64,000 nt of DNA, taken from contig CAVSDR010000002.1 of assembly GCA_963726745.1 (NCBI GenBank), forward strand, positions 192,001 through 256,000, written 5' to 3'. Source of the stretch: an uncultured Verrucomicrobiae bacterium (GTDB lineage: Bacteria; Verrucomicrobiota; Verrucomicrobiia; Chthoniobacterales; UBA10450). This document shows, piece after piece, positions 55,377-64,000 of this stretch. The notes under the pieces are model-generated. The model worked only from the letters and a program-made list of their open reading frames with translations, was not told the origin of the DNA and made no database searches. How positions within the stretch are numbered: position 1 is the stretch's first letter; each line of letters starts with the position of its first letter. A program made the position numbers and the translations under genes.

Positions 55377-55721
55377 ATGTCGCGCTCTCGGGAAACGGTG
55401 CCGGTAGATGATTATGTGCTCGATGTGCTTATGCGCGATCTCGTAGGGCACGACCAGCAACCGGCGGCCTACCTCGTCTATCTTTACCTTTACGGGAAGG
55501 CGGCGCGCGATGGTTGGCGACCGTTTGGGATCAGCCTTCGGGCCCTGGCGGAGATGACCGGACTCTCGAAGAGCGCGGTGCAGAGCGCGCTGACTAATTT
55601 GCGCCGCCGCCAGCTGATCGAAACGACCAGCGCTCACGTGACCGCAGAGCAGCGCCACCGGGTCCTGCGGCACTGGCATAAGCCCGAGGCGCCGGCCCCG
55701 CGGGCCGTGCGGAAGCGTTGA
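55377..55721 (+). CDS. Winged helix-turn-helix protein
   Basis: AYLVYLYL...SLRALAEMTGLSKSAVQSALTNL..RQLI. Confidence 0.85.
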   Translation: MSRSRETVPVDDYVLDVLMRDLVGHDQQPAAYLVYLYLYGKAARDGWRPFGISLRALAEMTGLSKSAVQSALTNLRRRQLIETTSAHVTAEQRHRVLRHWHKPEAPAPRAVRKR

Positions 55722-55862
55722 CGCGGAGCCGGTCACCGGATCCTTAAAGACGGCGAGCGACGAGGCGAAGGTAACGACTGATCACGCGGACAGCTTCGAA
55801 GCGGTCGATGCTCTCGGTATCGCCTCCCGGTAAGGCGGCGGACTCGCACCGCGGACGACTCG

Positions 55863-57956
55863 TTAGCCGATCGCTGGCAGCCCGCCGGCCTGGAGCCGTT
55901 CGATCCGGCGCTCGAGGTCCGCGCGGCGAATCAAGTCCACCACCCGCACGCGTCCCGGCTCGAGGGCGAAGAGCAGGCGATATTTGTCGGCCACGCGCGC
56001 GCGCAGCACGCCAGGATAAGCCTTCAATTGTTTGACCCGCTCGAAGGCCTCCGGTTCGCCTGAGGCAATCCGGCCCATACGAGCCATCGCCGCACGACCG
56101 ACGTGGCGCGGGTAGCGGGACAGAGTTTCGGCAAAATCTTTCGGAAAATCGAGTAATCGCACGGGCTGGTTCCCCGCAACCGCAAAAGCTTCATCCCCCT
56201 CGTCGACAGCGAGGGGCACCTGGCTGCTGGCCTTGAGCGCTTCGTTCTCGCGGTGGCTCGCCTCCAGTGCGCGCCGCAGTTGCAGCCGCTCTTCGCCGCG
56301 CTCTTTTACCAGCGCGTCCAGCCGCTCGAGTTTCGCCTTGAGCTCGGCCCGTTCCTGGGTGGCGACTTGATGCGCGGAAGCGGTCACCTGCGCCCGCTCG
56401 CGCCGCTCGTGCCGGCGATGCAGCGCCAGCTCGCGCTCCAGGCGCGCCCGCTCTTCTTTCGCGCGGCGCAGCTCCGCGATCTTGCTGCTTAATTTATCCT
56501 GCGCGTCCTGCATCGCCGCGGTCTCCTGCTGGCGCGCCCGGCGCAAGGCGCGCTGGTCCATCCATTCGCTGAACGGCTCCTCCGGCGGAAGATTCAACTT
56601 CGCGCGCGCCTCCAGGATTCCCTCGAAAATCCCCGAGACATACTTCTCCTCCGCGATCGGGAGCAGACTGCGCGCAAAGACAATCGCGAGCGCGCGATAG
56701 GGCGAGTCGAGGACACACCACATGAGCCGCTGCAGTTCCTCATGGTCGCCGGACGCGAGCAGTCGGCGCGACTCGCTCTCCAGCGTTTCGAGGAACTGGG
56801 CCGGATCGTCGCCCACCAGGAGCAACCGGATGCCGGCATGCGCTTTTGTGCCCAGTGCTTCTTCGGCATTCGGGAAAACTTCAAGCAGCGCGCGGGCGAT
56901 GTCGGGCCGCCAGGCGGTGGAGACTTCTTCGAAAGTCTGGGACCAAACCCCATGCAGCCGCGGCGACACGCCGAAGTGCCGCAACGCCGCGATCGTCTTC
57001 TCGTATTGCTTCAGCACCAGCAGAACGGAGAGGAACTGCACCTGAAGCTCCGGCGGCACCCGGGCGGGATCGATCTGGGCCGCCGACAGCCCCATTGCCT
57101 CCAACTGCGCGGCGGTTAGCGGGGTGACGGCGTGGGGCGCAATCTCCTGCCGCGTGACTCCCGGCAACGCGGAGGAAAAGCGAAGGCGCTCGCGGTCCTG
57201 CGAGGCGCAACAATGCTTGTATTTCTTCCCGCTGCCGCACCGGCACACTTCGTTGCGGCCGATCCGCTCCACTGCGCGCCGCTGCGGCTGCCGGCCGCGG
57301 TATTCGCACGGCATCTTTTCATAAACGAATTTTTCGTAGGGCCCTTCCAGGAGCGCGAACATCCGGCGCAATCGCTCGCGAGACGCCGCCGGCGGCAACG
57401 GCGCCGCCACCTGCACCCGCGCGCGTCCGCACTCCGCCGCCAGCAAGCTCGCGAGATTCTGTAAGATGAGCTGCGTTGCCGCCTCGCGCGTTTTCTCTTT
57501 TGCGAGCTCGTTCGCAAGTTGCAGGATCTTCGTGGGCCACGCCTCCTCTGGGCGATGCTTTTGCCACCAGGCTGCAGCCACGAACAAGGCCAGCGCGCGC
57601 ATTTCCGCGCGGTTATAGACGACATTTTCCAGGCCGCGCAAAAGCTCCGCAGTGACGTCGCCCTCCATCCGCCACGCCACCCAGGCCAGATTCCAGGGCC
57701 CCTCCCGCAGGGCCATCGCCGCCGGAATGAGAGCCGCCGGCAGGATGCGCCCGCTCAGGGCCGCGGCGGAGAAAAGCATCCGGAACGCACCCTCCTCCAG
57801 CGCCTCGCCGGCCCACGCGAGCCAGCGGTGCAGCACCGCATCTTCGGCCGGGAGGAACGCAGCGAGCTGCCGCAGGCCGGGACGATCGTAATTCCCGGCA
57901 TCGATCAGCTCGCGCACTTCGTCTGGCAGGACGCGCTCTTGGAGGTCAGCGACCAT
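55863..57956 (-). CDS. SEC-C motif protein with coiled coil and C-terminal RelE/ParE-like domain
   Basis: IGRNEVCRCGSGKKYKHCC; long coiled coil; KQLKAYPGVLRARVADKYRLLF..VRVVDL. Confidence 0.8.
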   Translation of the reverse strand: MVADLQERVLPDEVRELIDAGNYDRPGLRQLAAFLPAEDAVLHRWLAWAGEALEEGAFRMLFSAAALSGRILPAALIPAAMALREGPWNLAWVAWRMEGDVTAELLRGLENVVYNRAEMRALALFVAAAWWQKHRPEEAWPTKILQLANELAKEKTREAATQLILQNLASLLAAECGRARVQVAAPLPPAASRERLRRMFALLEGPYEKFVYEKMPCEYRGRQPQRRAVERIGRNEVCRCGSGKKYKHCCASQDRERLRFSSALPGVTRQEIAPHAVTPLTAAQLEAMGLSAAQIDPARVPPELQVQFLSVLLVLKQYEKTIAALRHFGVSPRLHGVWSQTFEEVSTAWRPDIARALLEVFPNAEEALGTKAHAGIRLLLVGDDPAQFLETLESESRRLLASGDHEELQRLMWCVLDSPYRALAIVFARSLLPIAEEKYVSGIFEGILEARAKLNLPPEEPFSEWMDQRALRRARQQETAAMQDAQDKLSSKIAELRRAKEERARLERELALHRRHERRERAQVTASAHQVATQERAELKAKLERLDALVKERGEERLQLRRALEASHRENEALKASSQVPLAVDEGDEAFAVAGNQPVRLLDFPKDFAETLSRYPRHVGRAAMARMGRIASGEPEAFERVKQLKAYPGVLRARVADKYRLLFALEPGRVRVVDLIRRADLERRIERLQAGGLPAIG

Positions 57957-58134
57957 GCTTACTTCTCAGCAAGACCGAGGCCACGGAGGAGGGGAGGGGT
58001 CGCGGACGGTAATTTTGTTTCGCCTTCGGACAGCGCGCAGATCGTCCGTTAGGCTGGCCCGTCCGCGCTGGCCCGCAGCTTAAGCGAAAGGCACATCTGC
58101 CTCCGGAACGGCGGACGATCTAACATAGAAGGTA

Positions 58135-58338
58135 ATGAAGACGACCACCCTGACCTTCCCGGAGTTAATCCTGATCGCCGCGACGCGTGGGATGCTCGGG
58201 GCGGGAATCGCGTTGCTCATCTCGAAACGCCTCAGTGAGGAGCAGCGCGTCACGGCCGGCATTCTCCTCACGGCGATCGGCGCCCTATCTACCGTGCCGC
58301 TGGTGCTGGAAGCGGTCGGCAAAAGCGAGAACACCTAG
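58135..58338 (+). CDS. Small two-TM membrane protein
   Basis: GAAGG RBS; LIAATRGMLGAGIALL...GALSTVPL. Confidence 0.7.
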   Translation: MKTTTLTFPELILIAATRGMLGAGIALLISKRLSEEQRVTAGILLTAIGALSTVPLVLEAVGKSENT

Positions 58339-58457
58339 CGAGCGGCGGGCATTGGGCCGCGCGTGCCTCCTAGCTGGATCTTCGGGGTCCACTGCGCCTC
58401 CGCGGTCGAGCAAGGCAGCTTGACATCGCCCGCACCGAGCAGCGACAAAGGCGACCC

Positions 58458-59963
58458 ATGGCTCCACGCAAACGTCTTTTCTCCGCGGCGCCGGAGGGGA
58501 CGGCGGTGCTCTTCTTCATCCAGATCTTCGCGACCCTCGGGTTCGCGGTGCTTTACTCGACCCTGGTTCTTTACGCGACGAAGCATCTGCAATTCTCCGC
58601 GAAAGAAGCGACCACCTTGATGGGCGTCTTCGGTGCTTTTAACTACGGCCTGCATCTCTTTGGCGGCTACCTCGGCGGGCGCTTCCTTTCGAACCGGAAT
58701 CTTTTTGTCGGCGGGATGGCCGCGCAGGTCATCGGGTGCGGGCTGATCGCGCTCGGGACCACCGCGATGTTCTACCTCGGCCTGGCCTTCTTCCTCACCG
58801 GCAGCGGGCTCAATGTCACCTGCATCAACATGATGCTGACGCAGCGTTTCGCCCCGGAAGATCCGCGGCGCGAAGGAGCCTTCCTCTGGAACTACGCGGG
58901 GATGAACGTTGGCTTCTTCGTCGGCTTCAGCGGCGCCGGGTACTTCCAGGGCACCGAGAGTTACATCGCCTTGTTCCTTTTCGCCACCGTCGGGAACCTC
59001 ATCGCCATCGTGCTCGCCTGGTTTTCCTGGCAAACCCTGGCCGACCGGAACACGCCCTTACTCGAGAAAACCCCGAGCCAGTTCCAGCTTCGGCTGGTCG
59101 CCGGCATCGCCATTGTCATCGGGCTGGTGCCAGTCGTGTGGTTCCTGCTCCAGCGGCCGGACGGCACCGGCACGCTGGTTAAAGCCATCTGCGGCGCGGT
59201 CGCCTTGACCCTGGTCTACCTAACGATTCGTCACCCGGATCGGCGCGAGCGGCGGAATATGACCGCTTACCTCATCCTCGCCGTCGGCTCGCTCGTCTTT
59301 TGGTCGCTTTACCAGATGGCGCCAAGCGGCCTCATGCTCTTCGCGGTGCACAATGTCGACCTCATCATCGGCGGAGTGGAGATCCAGCCGCAGTGGATCC
59401 AGAACATCAACACCGTCTGCATCGTCGTCGGCGGTCCGCTCCTTGCCGCCTGGTTCACCCGGATGCGTGGACGCGGCTGGCGGATCGATATTCCGCAGCA
59501 GTTCGCCACCTCGCTCCTGCTCATGGCCCTCGGCTTTCTCCTCCTCCCGTTAGGCATCAAGCTCGCCGGGCTCGATGGCCGCAGCGCCTTCGTCTGGCTC
59601 TTCGGGAGCTATGTCCTGCAAAGCATCGCCGAGCTGCTCATCTCGCCGATTGGTTATGCCATGATCGGCAAGCTCGCCCCGCGCCAATACCAGGGCGTGA
59701 TGATGGGCAGCTGGATGCTCGTCACCGGCCTCGCTTCACTTTTTGCCGGCGACTTCTCCGGCATGATCCCCGAGCCCGCCGGCACCACCGCCGCCGCGAC
59801 CAACCCCGAGTATGTGAAACTCTTCGGCGCCCTCGGCCTGGGTGCGCTCGCCGTCGGGATCGCGCTTATCATCCTCATCCCATTCCTCCGCCGCCTCATC
59901 ACCGATAAAGCCCAGCTCCCGCCCGAAACGCTGGAGGCGACCACCGTCGTCCCGGTGACGTGA
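58458..59963 (+). CDS. POT/PTR family proton-dependent oligopeptide transporter
   Basis: GGYLGGRF, AFLWNYAGMNVG, QNINT, ELLISPIG..MI.KLAP. Confidence 0.9.
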   Translation: MAPRKRLFSAAPEGTAVLFFIQIFATLGFAVLYSTLVLYATKHLQFSAKEATTLMGVFGAFNYGLHLFGGYLGGRFLSNRNLFVGGMAAQVIGCGLIALGTTAMFYLGLAFFLTGSGLNVTCINMMLTQRFAPEDPRREGAFLWNYAGMNVGFFVGFSGAGYFQGTESYIALFLFATVGNLIAIVLAWFSWQTLADRNTPLLEKTPSQFQLRLVAGIAIVIGLVPVVWFLLQRPDGTGTLVKAICGAVALTLVYLTIRHPDRRERRNMTAYLILAVGSLVFWSLYQMAPSGLMLFAVHNVDLIIGGVEIQPQWIQNINTVCIVVGGPLLAAWFTRMRGRGWRIDIPQQFATSLLLMALGFLLLPLGIKLAGLDGRSAFVWLFGSYVLQSIAELLISPIGYAMIGKLAPRQYQGVMMGSWMLVTGLASLFAGDFSGMIPEPAGTTAAATNPEYVKLFGALGLGALAVGIALIILIPFLRRLITDKAQLPPETLEATTVVPVT

Positions 59964-60011
59964 AGGCCGTTAACCTAACGACAAGTTCTTAGCCACGGAT
60001 GGGGAGAGGAC

Positions 60012-60245
60012 TGAATCAGGAAAGCAGGAAAAAAGGAAGGGCCGCATCCAGATCACCATTCCTGCTTTCCTCCTTTCCTGATTCAAATCTCCCTTTCTGG
60101 CTTCCTGGTTTCCAAATTCAATCTCCCCGGGCCAGCATCGCCGCGTATCCCACCTCGGTGAACCAAAGCCACAGCCTTTTCCTGCGTTCCTCCTTTCCTG
60201 ATTCAAATCTTCCCTTTCCGGCTTCCTGATTTCCAAATTTAATCC
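60012..60245. repeat. Cluster of TTCCTG-rich inverted and direct repeats
   Basis: ~65-bp unit TTCCTGC.TTCCTCCTTTCCTGATTCAAATCT..TTC.GGCTTCCTG.TTTCCAAATT at 60059 and 60179; inverted arm at 60012-60038. Confidence 0.8.
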
Positions 60246-60254
60246 TTCGGAATC

Positions 60255-60735
60255 CTAGCCCGCAGCCGCCTGTTCCAGCCGGGCGAAGTCCAGCTTCTCC
60301 ATCTGCCAGACCTGCGCGGTCACGCGCTGCACCCGCGCCGGATCTTTCCCGTCCAACCAGTCCCAGATCGGCGCCGGCACGATCTGCCACGGCAGGCCAA
60401 ACTTATCCCGGAGCCAGCCGCATTGAATCTGCTCGCCGCCATCCGCACTGAGCTTCTCCCAGAAGTAATCGATCTCCTCCTGCCCAGTCGCAGTTCACCA
60501 CCAGCGAGACCGCGTTCGTAAACGGAAAGCCCGGCCCGCCATTCAAGGCCACGAACTGCTGGCCCTTTAACTCAAAGGCGATCGTCATCACGGTGCCCGG
60601 CTTATTGTCCCCGGGCGATCCCTCCGGGAAGCGCGCGGTGCTATGAATCTTCCCATCCCGAAAGACCGAGAGGTAAAACTCGACCGCTTCCTCCGCGTTC
60701 CCATCAAACCAAAGAAAAGGCGTGATCTTTTGCAT
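60255..60735 (-). CDS. VOC family PhnB/3-demethylubiquinone-methyltransferase-like protein (frameshifted)
   Basis: MQKITPFLWFDGNAEEAV.FY, ALNGGP.F, CGWLRDKFGLPWQIVP across frames. Confidence 0.88.
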
Positions 60736-60843
60736 GGGGAAAGCATGACCGTCGCCCGCACTCCGAAGCAACCCGGTGAAGGGCGCCGTACGCGTTTGGG
60801 CGTATGGTCGATCTCTGGCCCGCCCGCCAGACTCCGCCGCATC

Positions 60844-61185
60844 ATGCGTCGGCAGAAATCGCGTCCTCCCGGCCAGCCGCCTGCGAAGACCCCTGCGTCT
60901 TCCGGCGTGCGCTACGATCCGGATGAGCCGGCGGCGTCGGCTCCTGCGCTCACCGTGCGTGAGGAAGAGATCTGCTTCTGGGTGGTGCGCGGAAAGGAGA
61001 ACGAGGAGATCGCCCGCATCCTCGATGGCAACGCGGAGACCGTCCGCAAGCATGTCGAAAATATCCGCGAAAAGTTCAAGGTAGAATCGCGGCTGGCGCT
61101 CCTCGCCGCCTATTGGCAGCGCGAGGTGGACCGGCGCGACCGGCGCATCGCCGAGCTCGAGCGGCGTTTGAAAGGGCAGGGGTAA
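60844..61185 (+). CDS. LuxR-type HTH protein with short coiled-coil tail
   Basis: LTVREEEI..WVVRGKENEEIARIL....ETVRKHVENI.EK. Confidence 0.85.
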   Translation: MRRQKSRPPGQPPAKTPASSGVRYDPDEPAASAPALTVREEEICFWVVRGKENEEIARILDGNAETVRKHVENIREKFKVESRLALLAAYWQREVDRRDRRIAELERRLKGQG

Positions 61186-61197
61186 TGCCGACCACGC

Positions 61198-61450
61198 CGC
61201 GCGTCTCCAGCATCGCCGCGCGCGCCGGAATGTCCGCTGCGCGCGCCGCGAGCTTCCCCACGCACGCGCCGGACTTCCCCACGCGCGCTGCCGCTCTCGC
61301 CGCGCCGCGCGCCGAACATCCCGGCGCACGCGTCCAGCTTTCCCGCGCCCGCACCGAAGGTCGCGGCGCACGCCGCCAGCTTCCCCGCGCACGCGGCGAG
61401 CTTCCCCACGCGCGCGTCCGCCTTTGCGGCGTGCGCCGCGACGCCTCCGA
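61198..61450. repeat. About 12 degenerate 21-bp tandem repeats (7-aa period)
   Basis: Consensus CGCACGCxGCxAGCTTCCCC(A/G); + frame AHAASFP, - frame GKLAACA. Confidence 0.85.
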
Positions 61451-61503
61451 TCCTCCGTTTTCGCAGTGAACCCTAGATAGAAACAGCAACACCCACCCAA
61501 ACC

Positions 61504-62202
61504 ATGGCAAAAACCACCTACCTCGTGGCGAGCGATGACGGCTTCGCCCATCAACTCCAAACCTTCAAGGGCGCCATCGGCGCCTACGCCACCACCCTCG
61601 GCCTCCCCGCCGCGCAAGTGACGGCGCAGGCGGCCGATGCCGATTACTTCAGCTACGTGCTCGCCTGCCAAAAGCTGATGCAGAACGGCGCCAAACAATG
61701 GACCGCCTGGAAAGACCTCGAGCGCGCCGGGGGCGACCCGCCCAGCACCGGCACCCCGGTCGCGCCCGTCTTCCCCGCCGCCGTCCCGCCGGTCGCGCCG
61801 GGCATCGAGCCGCGCTTCCGCGCGCTGGTCAAACAGATCAAGGCCAACGCCAACTACAACGACGCCATCGGCCAGGCCCTCGGCATCGAAGGCTCCGAGC
61901 AAACCGGGCCCGACTACGCCACCCTCGCGCCCAGCCTGCAGGCACGGCTCAGCGGCGGCCAGGTCACGATCGATTGGGGCTGGCAAGGCTACAGCCAGTT
62001 CCTCGACCAATGCGAACTGCAGGTCGACCGCGGCGACGACAAAGGCTTCGCCTTGCTCGCGATCGACACCACCCCCGGCTACACCGACACCCAGCCCGCC
62101 CCCGCCGCGCCCGCGAAGTGGACCTACAAAGCCATCTACCGCGTCGGCGACCAGCGCGTCGGCCAATGGAGCGCGCCGGTGAGTGTGACCGTCGGCGGCT
62201 GA
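61504..62202 (+). CDS. Hypothetical protein, helical N-terminus plus FN3-like C-terminal beta-sandwich
   Basis: No signal peptide; C-terminal W.YKAIY..GDQRVGQWSAPVSVTV. Confidence 0.8.
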   Translation: MAKTTYLVASDDGFAHQLQTFKGAIGAYATTLGLPAAQVTAQAADADYFSYVLACQKLMQNGAKQWTAWKDLERAGGDPPSTGTPVAPVFPAAVPPVAPGIEPRFRALVKQIKANANYNDAIGQALGIEGSEQTGPDYATLAPSLQARLSGGQVTIDWGWQGYSQFLDQCELQVDRGDDKGFALLAIDTTPGYTDTQPAPAAPAKWTYKAIYRVGDQRVGQWSAPVSVTVGG

Positions 62203-62230
62203 TCGGCTAACCGAGAATCAAACGAACCAG

Positions 62231-62261
62231 GCGGCCGGATGGGAAACGTCCGGCCGCTTTT
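62231..62261 (+). terminator. Intrinsic terminator
   Basis: GCGGCCGGA/TCCGGCCGC stem followed by TTTT. Confidence 0.75.
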
Positions 62262-62335
62262 GCACGGCGCGGACGTCGTGCCCCACGCGAAAGTTTCTAG
62301 TAAGCCGAGAACATCTCGCTAAATGACAAGCGAGG

Positions 62336-63175
62336 ATGAGCTTTCCCAAACAGAGCGAAGTCGAGTTGCCGCTACTGAAGGTGCTTCTCGAACTCGGTGG
62401 AAAAGCAGCGCCGAAGGAAATCTATCCGCGTATCACGAGTATGTTCCCGCAGCTGACTGACGAAGACAAAGCCGCGCGACTCCCAAGTAGTCCGTCAACA
62501 TTTCGCTGGCACAATCTTGTTCAGTGGGGTCGACAGCGACTGGTCGACAAAGGCGAAATCGACGCTTCACAGCGCGGTGTGTGGAAGCTGACGCCACGTG
62601 GTCGTGCCCGTGCTCAAGGGGCTGATGCACAATCGCCGACGGAACTCCTGCTGGCCCACCAAGCGACGTTGCAGGACCTCGTGAGTGACAACGAGTCCGA
62701 GGTTAAGCGGCGCATTGCTTCGGAGCTGCAAGCGCTACGGCCTATCGATTTCGAGCAGTTCTGCCTCTCGTTCCTTGGGCCACTCGGGTATGAGCAACTC
62801 GAAGTAACAAACAAAGGTGCCGACCGCGGAATCGATGGGCATGGCCTGTTCCGCCAAGGAGTCGTTTCGATCCGCTCCGCTTTTCAGGCCAAACGCTGGC
62901 GAGGCAATCCGGTAAGCCGACCCGAAATCGACAAATTCCGAGGCGCCATCCAAGGCGACTACGACCACGGCGTTTTTCTGACGACAGGCAGATTCACCGC
63001 TGACGCCGAGGCGGCTTCAATCAAGAAGGGCGCTATTTCGCTTCTACTCCTGGATGGAGCGGCGATTGCCGAAAATATGATCCGGAACAGCATCGGCGTC
63101 CGCACCAGGCCCGTTCAACTTTTTGATATCGATCCGGAGTTCTTTCGGTTCTCAGCTAGTGAGACCCTGCTATGA
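62336..63175 (+). CDS. mrr: Mrr-family (type IV) restriction endonuclease
   Basis: Mrr_N winged helix (W.RQRL..KG...RGVWKLTPRG); catalytic FEQ..LGY, DRGIDG, QAKRW, FLTTGRFT. Confidence 0.88.
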   Translation: MSFPKQSEVELPLLKVLLELGGKAAPKEIYPRITSMFPQLTDEDKAARLPSSPSTFRWHNLVQWGRQRLVDKGEIDASQRGVWKLTPRGRARAQGADAQSPTELLLAHQATLQDLVSDNESEVKRRIASELQALRPIDFEQFCLSFLGPLGYEQLEVTNKGADRGIDGHGLFRQGVVSIRSAFQAKRWRGNPVSRPEIDKFRGAIQGDYDHGVFLTTGRFTADAEAASIKKGAISLLLLDGAAIAENMIRNSIGVRTRPVQLFDIDPEFFRFSASETLL

Positions 63176-63241
63176 TGGGGCCCTTAGGTGCCATCGCTTG
63201 CGAGTTGACTCATTCTCAGACTTTGCGAAAGCCGGCCGGAA

Positions 63242-64000
63242 ATGAACGATTTCTTTAAACGACTGAAGCAGCGCAAGCTTGTACAATGGGCGATCGCGTA
63301 CACGGCCGCGGCGTTCGTGCTGCTGGGAGGGGTGGAAAATGTTGCGCATAGTTTCGCATGGCCGGGGGCCATCGAGCGCGGGTTTATCATCGCGGCCTCT
63401 GTCGGGTTCTTTTTTGTGTTAGTCCTCGCATGGTATCACGGCGAGCGCGGGGCGCAGCACGTGAGTGGAACAGAGCTTCTTATTCTGGCGCTGCTTCTTA
63501 CACTCGGTGGCGCCCTGCTTTGGGGCGTCGCTGGCAGAACCGGGGCTAGTGCCGATCAGCGGAAAGCCCGTTTTTTGAACGAGCCCAGCGTGGGAAAAGC
63601 AGACGCTTCGACGCCCAAGCCGATTCCTATCGTCAACACCTCGGCGCATCTCAACGATCGACCTTGGCTAAGCGTTGAAATAACCCCGTCCGGGGTAATC
63701 AAATACTATGATCAAGGAGGACTTAACTTTTCGCTCAGATTTCGCGTAACGAACCATGGCCATTCCCCGGCAACCGATGTCAGGATAAAATCCGAACTCG
63801 TTTTCAGTGCTTTCAGTGATGCTATAAAGGAGCAACAACGAGTTGCTCATCGAATCGCGGGAGGCCAAGCATTTGGTTCTGGGGTCGTGTTCCCCGGGGT
63901 TCCCGTAGAGGTGGAGCTAGTTCATCTTTCTAACATCAACGAAGCGATAGCATCCATCCCTGAACCGGAGCGGCGCGGGAAAACCATGCCTCGCTCGCTA
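63242..64000 (+). CDS. Membrane protein, partial (runs off the window; not in the ORF track)
   Basis: Open frame from ATG 63242: MNDFFKRLKQRKLVQWAIAY...LAWYHGERG three-TM module, then RPWLSVE..VTNHGHSPAT domain; no stop before 64000. Confidence 0.8.
   Translation, partial: MNDFFKRLKQRKLVQWAIAYTAAAFVLLGGVENVAHSFAWPGAIERGFIIAASVGFFFVLVLAWYHGERGAQHVSGTELLILALLLTLGGALLWGVAGRTGASADQRKARFLNEPSVGKADASTPKPIPIVNTSAHLNDRPWLSVEITPSGVIKYYDQGGLNFSLRFRVTNHGHSPATDVRIKSELVFSAFSDAIKEQQRVAHRIAGGQAFGSGVVFPGVPVEVELVHLSNINEAIASIPEPERRGKTMPRSL

Noticed and set aside
60059..60245. Mini-CRISPR (repeat-spacer-repeat)
   Set aside because: Only two ~65-bp low-complexity units with an inverted partner; fits an interspersed repeat.
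61198..61450. CRISPR array
   Set aside because: Contiguous degenerate 21-mers without unique spacers; no cas genes.

Overview
GC-rich bacterial chromosomal segment, most consistent with a soil Verrucomicrobiota (Chthoniobacterales/Spartobacteria-like) genome. This is inferred from several PEP-CTERM-type proteins, 'N[IL]STR' repeat domains and other verrucomicrobial-style secreted proteins. It carries the 3' part of the F1Fo ATP synthase operon (atpF-H-A-G-D-C) plus lpxI, tRNA-Ala(GGC), two amidases, a PpiD/SurA-like chaperone, tatA, a TPR-DUF4331-HupE/UreJ cluster, an M13 peptidase and a TPP riboswitch with thiC. It also holds a lower-GC island (toxin-antitoxin pair, MORC-like ATPase + HEPN-like gene), two tandem secreted vanadium haloperoxidases, transporters and a terminal LuxR/heptad-repeat/FN3-like/Mrr region. 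Many genes contain single-base frameshifts that look like long-read assembly errors. Main observations: (1) a non-palindromic 8-10-mer, (G)CCTAACGA(G), occurs about 25 times on both strands; (2) one ORF has an internal PEP-CTERM anchor followed directly by a second signal peptide, a candidate secreted polyprotein; (3) a two-gene MORC-ATPase + HEPN candidate defence system; (4) an unannotated sigma54-promoter/anti-SD/terminator small RNA candidate; (5) a four-hairpin REP-like element inserted in-frame in thiC. All family calls come from motif recognition by eye; no database search was run.
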